Part shown: positions 46,851 through 57,400 of the stretch, in pieces
How positions within the stretch are numbered: position 1 is the stretch's first letter
Layout of the letters: every line of letters begins with the position of its first letter
Virus record (IMG/VR): IMGVR_UViG_3300046010_015841
Origin: an uncultured virus (IMG/VR IMGVR_UViG_3300046010_015841)
Taxonomy: Duplodnaviria; Heunggongvirae; Uroviricota; Caudoviricetes
Length of the DNA: 64,000 nucleotides
Reading direction: 5' to 3' (one strand)
The notes under the pieces: generated by a model
The model's database searches: none
What the model saw: the letters and a program-made list of their open reading frames with translations, nothing else
What the model was told of the DNA's origin: nothing
Translations under genes and position numbers: made by a program

Positions 46851-49800
46851 TTAACATGGACCTATATCTAAATACACATAATAATCATAAGTACCTGATA
46901 CAATAGTAATACTACAATAAGCAGATGCTGTAAATAAGTCACATTGTGAATTACTACAACCACCAGTACCACTAACACCTGCTGCTACTTGTGCTCCACT
47001 GGCATTAGCAGCTAATTCTATAGTATCACCAACAGATACACCAAATGTTCCACTATTAGTTACTGATTGAAATACTTCAATATTAGAATTTTTATAAATG
47101 GCCATATCTCCAGAAGTAGAATCTGTATTTGTAGTTTGCCAAATAACTTGATAAACTGGTGTAGGAGTAATAGTTGGTGTTGGTGTTGGAGTAGCGGTTA
47201 TACTAGGAGTAGGTGTTATTGATGGAGTAGCGGTTATTGATGGTGTAGGTGTTATACTTGGTGTTTGAGTTCTAGTTGGTGTAGGTGTAATAGTTGGTGT
47301 AGGTGTTACACTAGGACAAGCTCCTAATGATGTAACTATACCTCCAGTTCCAATATAACATTGACCACCAACTGAGAAATGTTTTAAAACTGTTGTTACT
47401 GTACAAGTAGCATTACTATATAATTGTTTACCTGCTGCTAGTACACCACAAGTATATACAGTTTGAGGAGAACTAGTTTGTGCACAAGCTTCAGCACAAT
47501 CATTTCCCTCATAAACTACAGTTGCTGTACAATTACAAGGTGTAACAGTAGGAGTTGGTGTTAATGTTCTAGTAGGTGTAATACTAGAAGTTGGTGTAAT
47601 TGTTCTAGTAGGAGTGATACTTGGAGTAGCAGTAATACTAGGTGTAGCTGTTCTAGTAGGGGTAATTGTAACAGTTGGTGTAATAGAAGCTGTTGGTGTA
47701 ATACTAGGTGTTCTACTAAATGTTGGTGTTGGAGTAATAGATGGTGTTGATGTTATTGATGGTGTTATAGTTCTAGTAGGAGTTACAGTAGGAGTAGCAG
47801 TAACAGACGGTGTAGGTGTTATACTAGGTGTAGCAGTTATACTAGGTGTAATTGTTCGTGTTGGAGTAATACTAGGTGTAGCTGTTATAGATGGTGTAGC
47901 AGTTATACTAGGTGTAGCTGTAATTGATGGAGTTATTGTTCTAGTTGGTGTTATACTAGGAGTAGCTGTAATACTAGGTGTTGGAGTGATAGAAGGTGTT
48001 ACAGTTACACTTGGTGTTACAGTTTGAGAAGGTGTAATTGTACTAGTAGGTGTAATTGATGGTGTTACTGTTACACTTGGAGTAACAGTTACAGATGGAG
48101 TTACAGTACTAGAAGGTGTAATTGTTCTAGTTGGTGTAATTGATGGAGTTACAGTTACACTAGGTGTTATAGTAACAGTAGGAGTTACAGTTTGTGAAGG
48201 TGTAATTGTTGTAGTTGGAGTTATACTAGGTGTTATAGTAACAGATGGCGTTACTGTACTTGTAGGAGTAATACTAGGAGTAGCAGTTACTGTTACAGTT
48301 GGTGTTATACTAGGAGTAATTGTAACTGATGGTGTAATTGTACTTGTAGGAGTAATGCTCGGTGTTACAGTTATTGTAACTGATGGTGTAATAGAAGGTG
48401 TTATAGTAATACTAGGTGTAATAGTAGAAGTCGGAGTAATTGATGGAGTTACTGTAACAGTAGGAGTAATTGATGATGTTGGGGTTATAGTAACTGTAGG
48501 GGTAATACTTGGAGTAACAGTCACACTAGGTGTAACTGTACTAGTTGGTGTTATACTTGGGGTTACAGTTACAGTTGGAGTAACCGTCACACTTGGAGTT
48601 ACAGTTACAGATGGAGTAATAGTACTAGTTGGTGTAACACTTGGTGTTATAGTAACAGTTGGAGTTATACTAGATGTAGGTGTAATAGTTGGTGTTGGTG
48701 TTTCACTAGGTGTTACAGTTACACTTGGAGTAATAGTTTGAGAGGGAGTTACAGTAATAGTTGGGGTTATAGAAGGTGTTACTGTTACTGTTGGTGTTAC
48801 AGATGCTGTAGGTGTAACTGTTAAAGTAGGAGTTATACTTGGAGTCTCAGTTATACTAGGAGTTATTGTAACAGTAGGGGTTACAGTTACACTAGGAGTA
48901 ACAGTAATGGTTGGAGTTGTAGATACAACAGGTGTTGCTGTTACACTAGGAGTGGGTGTTATAGTTGGAGTAATAGATGGAGTAACTGTTGATGTTGGTG
49001 TTTCACTAGGTGTTACAGTTACAGTTACAGTAGGAGTTACTGTTTCACTAGGAGTAACAGTCACTGTAGGTGTAATAGTAACACTAGGTGTTATTGAAGG
49101 GGTTTCTGTTATAGAAGGTGTAATAGTAACAGATGGGGTAACAGTCACACTTGGAGTAATAGTAGAAGTTGGAGTAATACTTGGAGTAACAGTTACACTA
49201 GGAGTTACAGTTTCCGAAGGAGTAATTGTTACACTAGGTGTTACAGTAAAAGTTGGTGTAACTGAAGGTGTTATAGTTACAGTAGGTGTAATAGTTTGAG
49301 TTGGAGTAACCGTCACACTTGGAGTAACAGTTACAGTTACAGACGGTGTTACTGTTTCACTTGGAGTTACAGTAACAGTTGGTGTTACAGTTTCACTCGG
49401 AGTAACAGTCACACTTGGAGTTACTGTAGCTGTAGGAGTTACAGTAGGTGTAATTGTTTCAGAAGGAGTAATTGTAACAGTAGGAGTTATTGTTTGTGAA
49501 GGTGTAATTGTTGTTGTTGGTGTAATTGAAGGTGTGATTGTAACTGTAGGAGTTACAGTTTCACTTGGTGTAATTGTAACAGTAGGAGTAATATTAGGTG
49601 TTTCTGTTATAGAAGGTGTAATTGTTACAGTTGGTGTTACAGTAGGAGTAATTGTCTCACTTGGAGTAATAGTAACTGTTGGTGTTACTGTTTGAGATGG
49701 AGTAATAGTAGTAGTAGGAGTAACACTAGGTGTTACAGTTTCACTAGGTGTTACAGTTACAGTAGCTGTAGGTGTTATAGAAGGTGTTACTGTTACAGAC

Positions 49801-51689
49801 GGAGTAACAGTAGGAGTTACAGTCTCACTAGGTGTTATAGTAACTGAAGGAGTAATTGTTTGAGTTGGAGTGACAGTTGTACTTGGAGTTACAGTTACAG
49901 TAACACTTGGTGTTATAGTTGATGTAGGTGTTACAGTAGAAGTAGGAGTAATAGTTGGTGTTTCAGTAATAGTAGGTGTAATAGTAACTGTTGGTGTTAC
50001 TGTTTCACTCGGAGTTATCGTAACTGAAGGGGTAATTGTAGAAGTTGGCGTTACAGTTGGTGTAACTGTTTCACTTGGAGTAATCGTAACACTAGGAGTT
50101 ATTGTTGGGGTTGTACTTGGAGTAGTAGTAACTGTAGGAGTTACAGTTACAGAAGCCTCTATAGTTGCTGATGGTGTAAAAGAAGGTGTTCTACTTACTG
50201 TATGGCTTGGTGTTACAGTGACAGTAGGAGTAACAGTTGGTGTTTCAGTTGGTGTAAGTGAAGGTGTTGATGTTATTGATGGAGTAACAGTTGCTGTAGG
50301 GGTTTCACTTGGTGTAACAGATACAGTAGGAGTAATAGTTTCACTTGGAGTGATTGTAACAGTAGGGGTTAATGTTGATGTTGGTGTTACTGTAGGAGTA
50401 ATACTTTCACTCGGAGTTATTGTTACTGATGGAGTGATAGTTGTAGTAGGAGTAACAGATGGTGTTTCTGATGGTGTAACAGTAGGTGTTGGAGTTTCAG
50501 TTGCAGTAGGTGTAATCGTTGCAGTAGGTGTAATTGAAGGTGTTTCAGTTATACTAGGAGTGATTGTAACTGTTGGTGTTACAGTTTCACTTGGAGTTAT
50601 TGTAGGAGTAACAGTTATACTTGGGGTAATAGTAGATGTCGGTGTTATAGATGGTGTTACAGTAACAGTAGGTGTTATAGTACTTGTAGGAGTAATACTA
50701 GGTGTTTCTGTAATGCTAGGTGTAATTGTTACAGTAGGTGTAATTGTTTCACTCGGAGTGATAGTTGGTGTTGGTGTTAATGTTTGAGTTGGAGTTATAG
50801 TAGGGGTTACTGTTGCACTTGGTGTTACAGTTACTGTTGGAGTTATAGTTTGAGTTGGTGTTACAGTAGCAGTAGGTGTAATAGTAGGTGTTATAGTTTC
50901 ACTCGGTGTGATTGTTACTGTTGGCGTTATAGTAACTGATGGTGTAACAGTTGCTGTTGGAGTTATTGTTGTTGCTACAGTACTTGTAGGAGTAACTGTA
51001 GGAGTAATAGTTTCACTTGGAGTTATAGTAACTGATGGTGTAATAGTTTGAGTTGGAGTAATACTTGGAGTAACAGTTACACTTGGAGTTACTGTTTGAG
51101 ATGGTGTAACAGTTACACTTGGAGTTACAGTTTCACTAGGTGTAATTGTAACTGTAGGAGTTATAGTTTCACTAGGAGTAATAGTTCTAGTTGGTGTAAT
51201 AGTTGGTGTTGTACTAGGAGTTACAGTTACTGTTGGAGTTATAGTAGAGGTAACAGTAGCTGTAGGTGTTATAGACGGTGTTATTGTTTTAGTAGGAGTT
51301 ATAGTAACCGATGGAGTAACAGTTGCGGTAGGAGTAATAGTTGAAGCTACAGTTGCTGTAGGAGTAACTGAAAGGGTTTTTGTTATGGTAGGAGTTATAG
51401 AAGGAGTTCTAGTGATACTTGGAGTAATACTAGGTGTTGCAGTTACTGTTACAGTAGGTGTAGGTGTAAAAGTTGGAGGAGGAGTAAATAATATAAGTGT
51501 ATTACTTTGAAAAAAAGGATCAACCGCTTGTATATAAGCAGCATATGTTGCTGAAGGAACAGGAGCATAAGAAGCAGATCCACTTGAGTTATTAGCATAT
51601 ATAATGACATCCTGCAAACCAGTTTCATAATACTGGTCTACATAAAGCACTGAAGCTGTAACATCAAATGAAGCTGAAGTGTATCCCAT
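46851..51689 (-). CDS. Giant Thr/Pro hexapeptide-repeat protein (~1300-aa stalk) with two Cys-containing C-terminal modules
   Basis: 1612-aa ORF; repeats of (S/T)(V/I/E)T(V/I)TP. Confidence 0.75.
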   Translation of the reverse strand: MGYTSASFDVTASVLYVDQYYETGLQDVIIYANNSSGSASYAPVPSATYAAYIQAVDPFFQSNTLILFTPPPTFTPTPTVTVTATPSITPSITRTPSITPTITKTLSVTPTATVASTITPTATVTPSVTITPTKTITPSITPTATVTSTITPTVTVTPSTTPTITPTRTITPSETITPTVTITPSETVTPSVTVTPSQTVTPSVTVTPSITPTQTITPSVTITPSETITPTVTPTSTVATTITPTATVTPSVTITPTVTITPSETITPTITPTATVTPTQTITPTVTVTPSATVTPTITPTQTLTPTPTITPSETITPTVTITPSITETPSITPTSTITPTVTVTPSITPTSTITPSITVTPTITPSETVTPTVTITPSITETPSITPTATITPTATETPTPTVTPSETPSVTPTTTITPSVTITPSESITPTVTPTSTLTPTVTITPSETITPTVSVTPSETPTATVTPSITSTPSLTPTETPTVTPTVTVTPSHTVSRTPSFTPSATIEASVTVTPTVTTTPSTTPTITPSVTITPSETVTPTVTPTSTITPSVTITPSETVTPTVTITPTITETPTITPTSTVTPTSTITPSVTVTVTPSTTVTPTQTITPSVTITPSETVTPTVTPSVTVTPSITPTATVTVTPSETVTPSVTPTTTITPSQTVTPTVTITPSETITPTVTPTVTITPSITETPNITPTVTITPSETVTPTVTITPSITPTTTITPSQTITPTVTITPSETITPTVTPTATVTPSVTVTPSETVTPTVTVTPSETVTPSVTVTVTPSVTVTPTQTITPTVTITPSVTPTFTVTPSVTITPSETVTPSVTVTPSITPTSTITPSVTVTPSVTITPSITETPSITPSVTITPTVTVTPSETVTPTVTVTVTPSETPTSTVTPSITPTITPTPSVTATPVVSTTPTITVTPSVTVTPTVTITPSITETPSITPTLTVTPTASVTPTVTVTPSITPTITVTPSQTITPSVTVTPSETPTPTITPTSSITPTVTITPSVTPTSTITPSVTVTPSVTVTPTVTVTPSITPTSTVTPSVTVTPSITPTVTITPTSSITPTVTVTPSITPTSTITPSITITPSITPSVTITVTPSITPTSTITPSVTITPSITPTVTVTATPSITPTSTVTPSVTITPSITPTTTITPSQTVTPTVTITPSVTVTPSITPTRTITPSSTVTPSVTVTPSVTVTPSITPTSTITPSQTVTPSVTVTPSITPTPSITATPSITPTRTITPSITATPSITATPSITATPSITPTRTITPSITATPSITPTPSVTATPTVTPTRTITPSITSTPSITPTPTFSRTPSITPTASITPTVTITPTRTATPSITATPSITPTRTITPTSSITPTRTLTPTPTVTPCNCTATVVYEGNDCAEACAQTSSPQTVYTCGVLAAGKQLYSNATCTVTTVLKHFSVGGQCYIGTGGIVTSLGACPSVTPTPTITPTPTRTQTPSITPTPSITATPSITPTPSITATPTPTPTITPTPVYQVIWQTTNTDSTSGDMAIYKNSNIEVFQSVTNSGTFGVSVGDTIELAANASGAQVAAGVSGTGGCSNSQCDLFTASAYCSITIVSGTYDYYVYLDIGPC
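47538..51485 (-). repeat. Coding tandem repeat, mostly 18-nt unit encoding xTPSVT-type hexapeptides
   Basis: Directly visible; synonymous positions vary between copies. Confidence 0.95.
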
Positions 51690-51704
51690 TTTCTTTTTTC
51701 TTTT

Positions 51705-52706
51705 TTATGGTGCTAATTGAGTAAATTCTACAACCAATTCACCACTTCCACTTACTAAAGGAGAAGCTAATATAATTAATGATGGTTCTCCTATAGACAT
51801 TTCAAATTCACAATTTGGATCTAATACATTAACTCTTATCTTTCCTAAGTTACTTGTTAATGGATTACAATATGATCCTGTAACTTGGAATGTATAGAAG
51901 GTTTCATAAACACCTACTCCAAGCCCACTAAAGGACATTGTTACTGTATTATTAGAACCTGTGCTAAAGAATTGTATATCTCCTCCTGATAGTTGTATTG
52001 ATTGATTTATAAGGATATTTCCATTTAAAACATCATTGGCTAATGGAGATATTGAAATACTAACAGGGTTTCCATAATCACTTCTTGTAATAGTAACAAC
52101 ATCATCGTAAGCAATAGGAGTTAATGGGAATATTCCTTGATAATCTTGATTTGTAAGTACTACAATACCTTCTGGGTAGAAAATATTTCCTGAATGGGTT
52201 GTGTAATTATCATATATATTTCCTTTACCATCATCTGTAAGGTTATATGTAGATGAAGTCATTTGGAAACTGTATGGTAATATTCTTTCACCATAAATTT
52301 TAGGGGATATAGAAAGCACTTTAATAGATTCTCCAACACCAGTTGGAAAATTGCTAATAAATGCTGGGTCGTTGTTGAAATCAAAATATGAGCGAGATGC
52401 TCTTAATCCTGTAGGATTTCCACTATAATAAATTGAGGAAGCAAGAGAAGCAGTTGATAGATATAAATTATCTCCGTATTCATGATAAAACATTTGGTTT
52501 ATCATGTCATACATTAATCTATCATATTGTCCATTTGTAATAGGTTCTCCACCTGGGTCGAAAGTACCTGTTATATAAGTACCATTGTATATGTCGACAT
52601 AAGGATCATCTACTGGTAAAGGACAATAGTTAAAATTCCATTGCTTGTTAGCTATAACAGGTACTGTTATAACATCTGAAGACTTTAACTTTTTGAATGA
52701 TCCCAT
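51705..52706 (-). CDS. Tail/baseplate protein, N-terminal half of an apparently split gene, with an Ig-like C-domain
   Basis: VLSISPKIYGERILPYSF..LTDD..GNIFYPEGIVVLTN parallels the middle of 52728..53750; then PIAYDD..ISPLAND. Confidence 0.6.
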   Translation of the reverse strand: MGSFKKLKSSDVITVPVIANKQWNFNYCPLPVDDPYVDIYNGTYITGTFDPGGEPITNGQYDRLMYDMINQMFYHEYGDNLYLSTASLASSIYYSGNPTGLRASRSYFDFNNDPAFISNFPTGVGESIKVLSISPKIYGERILPYSFQMTSSTYNLTDDGKGNIYDNYTTHSGNIFYPEGIVVLTNQDYQGIFPLTPIAYDDVVTITRSDYGNPVSISISPLANDVLNGNILINQSIQLSGGDIQFFSTGSNNTVTMSFSGLGVGVYETFYTFQVTGSYCNPLTSNLGKIRVNVLDPNCEFEMSIGEPSLIILASPLVSGSGELVVEFTQLAP

Positions 52707-52727
52707 TTAATAACATTATTATCTAGA

Positions 52728-53750
52728 TTAGTAGTCTAATTTAACTTTAATTAAGGCTTCCTTAGTAAAATCTTTAACTAATGGTCTACTTAATTTAGCA
52801 ACCGCTAATAATTCATTTTGGTCGTTATATAAACCAACTGTTGTAATGAATGTTTGTGGATTGTTAATTAACGTGGTGTAAATTAAATTACCATTACTAT
52901 CTATGATTGAAGGGTTTGTTGTATAATTAAAGTCTTGGTTTTTAACTCTTGTAAAGAAATAATGTGATGATACATCTTCAGCTGATTGTAGAGCAAAATA
53001 AGCACTAGATGACATTGCTGTATAAAATTGAAACTGAATGTTACTATCAGTTCCAGGAGCAGCTACAGCTGGATTAAAGTTGATACCACCATTTGCTTGA
53101 GACTTAGATAATGCTGTTGGATTTAAAATGATAATATCATTATCTGGGAACAAATATCCATAAATAGAAGCTGAAGCAGCAGCTGTATATTGTGTGCCAC
53201 CACTACCACTAATTAAATTATAATATAATAAACCATTAGTTGTATAGTTAGTAGTAGAAGTAATTTGACTATCATCAGTTAAAGATATTTCGTAAGTAGT
53301 ATTCTTTAATTTTAATGTCATAGAACCAGGTTGGATATGTTCCTTATATCTATTTCTAGCTACGTTAATAACATATATACCATTTGGATTATCATTACCA
53401 AATTCAAAACTTCCACTTTCTGTCCCCAATAACAATGTTCTATATTGGCCATAAACTACCCTAGTAGGTGTTATAGCAGAACCATCTGGTAAATTTGTAG
53501 TTACTGATGGGCTTATGTAATTGGAACCACTTCCGTATTTGTTGCCGTATTGTACGGCCATTTGTATAGAGGAAGAAGTAGAAGTTAAAGCACCTGGGTA
53601 TTCACTATATACATTTAAATAGAATGAACTGGTGATTACACTAGAAGTAAAGAAAGTAGATAATACATTAGTATCACCACTCCACATTGGACGTACTACT
53701 GTTTCCGTACTTACTACTGAATCTTCTGGGTTATATCTTACGAATGACAT
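52728..53750 (-). CDS. Tail/baseplate structural protein
   Basis: Position in the baseplate module; FITTVGLYNDQNELLAVAKLSRP. Confidence 0.6.
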   Translation of the reverse strand: MSFVRYNPEDSVVSTETVVRPMWSGDTNVLSTFFTSSVITSSFYLNVYSEYPGALTSTSSSIQMAVQYGNKYGSGSNYISPSVTTNLPDGSAITPTRVVYGQYRTLLLGTESGSFEFGNDNPNGIYVINVARNRYKEHIQPGSMTLKLKNTTYEISLTDDSQITSTTNYTTNGLLYYNLISGSGGTQYTAAASASIYGYLFPDNDIIILNPTALSKSQANGGINFNPAVAAPGTDSNIQFQFYTAMSSSAYFALQSAEDVSSHYFFTRVKNQDFNYTTNPSIIDSNGNLIYTTLINNPQTFITTVGLYNDQNELLAVAKLSRPLVKDFTKEALIKVKLDY

Positions 53751-53761
53751 ATATTAATTTA

Positions 53762-54424
53762 TTAAGAATTTGTTTTTGTTATAGTTAACGGAATAGTAAT
53801 TCTAGCACCACTATCTCTACCTAATACTGTAATTGTAGTTGATATTTGAGTTAAACTAGAACCAAACAATGTATTAATTGTAGTACCAGTTAATGTGAAT
53901 GAAGTACCAATTAAAGTTTGGCTTACAGATGAACCAAGTGTTTGAGTAACACCAGTTGCTGTAACTTCAGCACCTGCAACACCAGTTGAAGAGAATGTAG
54001 ATAAGAATCTAACATCAGCTACTGTTATGGCATATCCATTGGCTTCAAAAGTACTTGTAGCACCTAAGTAGTTCAATGTTTGTGGAGTAATTGTAATTGT
54101 TGAACCTTGTCTTAAATTAATTGCATTGTATCCTACACTAATTACTGGTAACTTAGCAGTACCTCTTGGTAATGTTACTAGCTTAAAGATCATGATTTGT
54201 GTATCATCTGGGAAAGCTTCAATTAAAGGCATTGCCTCAATAGCTTGACCATAAAATGCAGACCCTGATGGATGTTGAGGGTTATACAAAGTATAGTCAA
54301 CTTCATCGTCTGCTAATGAAAACTGTGTGATTTGGAACGACCCGTCGTTGCGAGCCATTAATTCCCTACCTTTAGCTGTTAAAACTGCATCAATTGTTAC
54401 AGTATTGTTATTTAAAATAGCCAT
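53762..54424 (-). CDS. Tail/baseplate structural protein
   Basis: DAVLTAKGRELMAR..ITQFSLADDEVDY; late motif upstream. Confidence 0.6.
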   Translation of the reverse strand: MAILNNNTVTIDAVLTAKGRELMARNDGSFQITQFSLADDEVDYTLYNPQHPSGSAFYGQAIEAMPLIEAFPDDTQIMIFKLVTLPRGTAKLPVISVGYNAINLRQGSTITITPQTLNYLGATSTFEANGYAITVADVRFLSTFSSTGVAGAEVTATGVTQTLGSSVSQTLIGTSFTLTGTTINTLFGSSLTQISTTITVLGRDSGARITIPLTITKTNS

Positions 54425-54443
54425 TCTTTTAATGTATTTTGAT

Positions 54444-54452
54444 TATAAATAT
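54444..54452 (-). promoter_or_regulatory. Putative late promoter motif
   Basis: ATATTTATA. Confidence 0.6.
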
Positions 54453-54472
54453 TTAATTCTTGTGGATCTAGA

Positions 54473-57400
54473 TTATGTAGTTACACCAACTCCAACGTCT
54501 ACTAACTGTTGATTTACGTTTCTATTTATGGTATCTATGTTAGCCATTACTGCTGGGCTAATGTTTTGTGGAATTATATAGCCATATGATGTTTTTCCTT
54601 CTGGTTTTGGAAAATCAAGTATTACACTTGTTTCATCTATAATGCGTTTTATAAATAAAATTTTATAATATTGACTACATAAATTTCCAAAATAACCATC
54701 TATATCTTCATAAGTAACAAAGTATATAAATGATGTATTATTAGGACCAGCTACTGTAACTACACTTTTAACAGTATATTCTAGAATAGGACCGTTTGCG
54801 TTTGTGATTTGTATTACTATCTTATCGTTTGGTTCTAAAGAGAATGGATAGAAAATATCACCATAATCTTCATACAAACTACCATAAGAAGCAGATACTT
54901 GAGAATCTAAAGGATTAAAGAATAAAGAAGGTCCATAAAAATTAGATAAATTATTATTTAAGTAAAAAGCATTTTGTGTTTGGTCTACACATACTTCTAT
55001 ATTATTAGCAATTAAATTTCCATTTGTAGGAACCACTTTAATGGATCCATAAGGATTTAAATAAGCCTGAGAAACACCACCAGAATCAATAAAAAATCTA
55101 AATTCCACTTTATCCCCAGGATTTACAGACCCCGTTGTATTTATATCTATTGATCTTCTAAATAAAAATGATTGATTTGCATTTCCCGTTACTGGAATAG
55201 AATCTATATTAGTATAATATGTTATGTTAAAAATATTACCCATAGTAGGAATAGTAGGTAACTCTACCCAAATTATTCCTAAATAAACAAACTGATCATC
55301 TCCAAAACTTGGTACATATATCCTACCAGTTACGTCATATGCTCTAAATGTTTTATCACCTCCTGTAATAGAAATAGTATTTACAACTTGTCCAAAAACA
55401 TTCACTTGACGTATGTCATATCCGTTAAGTAAAATAATATCAAAGACATCTTGGCTTGGAGTAAATGAATATTGATTATATCCATTTGGTAAATTTTCTA
55501 AAACAGCATTATAATATCCACCTTGATAAGCAACCGTTTGTTTATTTTGATCTAAAAGAGTATAAGTACCTGTTGAACTACTTAACCACAATTCCATACT
55601 AGCTGTAAAAGTATTAGCAGGATTTATTATAGAAGCGGTTGTTTGGATATTAAAATCATAAGTAAATTGATAAATACCTTCAGCTGGTATTTGATAATAT
55701 GAAGATGTTGAGTTAAAAGAAGTGCCACCAGGACCAGAACCTGTAAAGAAGTATCCTCCAAAACTAGTATTTGATCCTGTTATATTAAATAAATTCCACA
55801 CTTCTTGCATATTAACAGTACCAGCAGCAGAATAACTTGATGACACATAAGGGGAACCAAGTTGCCCCACAGGCACTAAACTTCCTGAAGAAGCAAAAAC
55901 AGTAAAGTAACGGTTAACTATGTTTGAAGAACTACCTACTACAGAATTAAACACAGCAGATGCTGTCCAGTTTGCTGGGGCTGATTCTGAACCATAGGCA
56001 TAAAATATTGGGAAATAACTATACCCACTTTCTGCTATAAGTTTATTTCCGTTAGTTTGAATTTGATTTCCAAATTTCTTAGGATCAAATAACGATACAT
56101 TTAAAAAGTCTCCTGTTTCAAATGTATTTTGAACTTCCTCCCAGTTTCTATTACGTAAGTTTAATTCTGTTAAACTACCACTTTCATTTACAAGGTATTT
56201 TAAAGTAGCATTAGTTTTATAGGGTAAATAACGGTTTTCTACCACTTCAGTAAATAAACCTAATTTTTTAACATTATAATTAATTACTGGGGATTGGCCA
56301 TATGAGTTATCTCCCACAGACCATGTATTAAATTGTCTTCCATATAATTGAACACCACTATATCTAGGACGTGTATATGCTGTTAAACTTAAATATGAAT
56401 CTTGTAATTCAACAGATCCACTAATTGAATATGAGGTAAAGTTTCTTCCTAAAGCATCTGTAGATAAAATAGGTATTAATTTTTTTCTATACTCTGATGT
56501 TAAACTTACGTCAACATTATTTTGTAATACGTTAAAGTCAGAATTTAAAAAGAAGTTTTCTGGTCTAGGTGAATCATAATTTAATACGAAATCCGTATTT
56601 CCACTTATAAATCCTGGAGGAATATATCCAATAGTATTGTCTACTAAAAATGGATTTCTATTATTTTCCTGAAAAACTAAATAAGTATCAAGAGAAGAAC
56701 CAGGTATATTACCATTATAATAATCTGCTTTGTCTCCTGCTAAATAATAATAGTACGGATCATAAACAGGTTCTAATGAAGCACTTTCTGGTGTAGCGGA
56801 AAATTCATTTGTTCTAAAGAATAAAGGTTGGTATTGAGCAACTTTAGGCCTTTCAAGTACAGGGGATTTAATAGAAACACCTGTCCAAGTATTACCTCTA
56901 GCAGGTGTAAAATCTTTGACCATTTTAAATAATGAATTGTCAAAGAATTGTATTAATCTTATAAACCCACCATAATCAAATGGTTCATTAAATGTTTGTC
57001 CAAACCAGTATTCACGTTCATATGATAATGAAGGATATGTATTTAATTGTAAATCTCTTGGGTCTCCAATATAATCATCTAATATCCAATTAGGATTAAT
57101 AGCAACAATTGAAGCTGATACGGCGGCATCAATTTGTGTTTCTGGTGAAAACGAAACATCAATAAAATGTAAATCTTGGCTTTTAACAGCTCTAGATGAT
57201 GTAGGTGATGTTTCTAATCGTTTGATTGGAGATAATACACTACCTGTAATGATATTTGAACCAATATTAATTTTATCTGTAGTATATCCTTTTAATTCTT
57301 GAGAATCAGTCATTCCACCATATTCCTTAATAGGAAGAATAGAACCTGTAATGCCAAATAATGTAATTAATCCTTCTAAACCACCATGTGCTCCTTTAGC

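Noticed and set aside
7790..51485. Repeat arrays as CRISPR arrays or DGR template/variable repeats
   Set aside because: They are in-frame coding repeats with synonymous variation. There are no unique spacers, no adenine-specific mismatch pair and no reverse transcriptase in the window.
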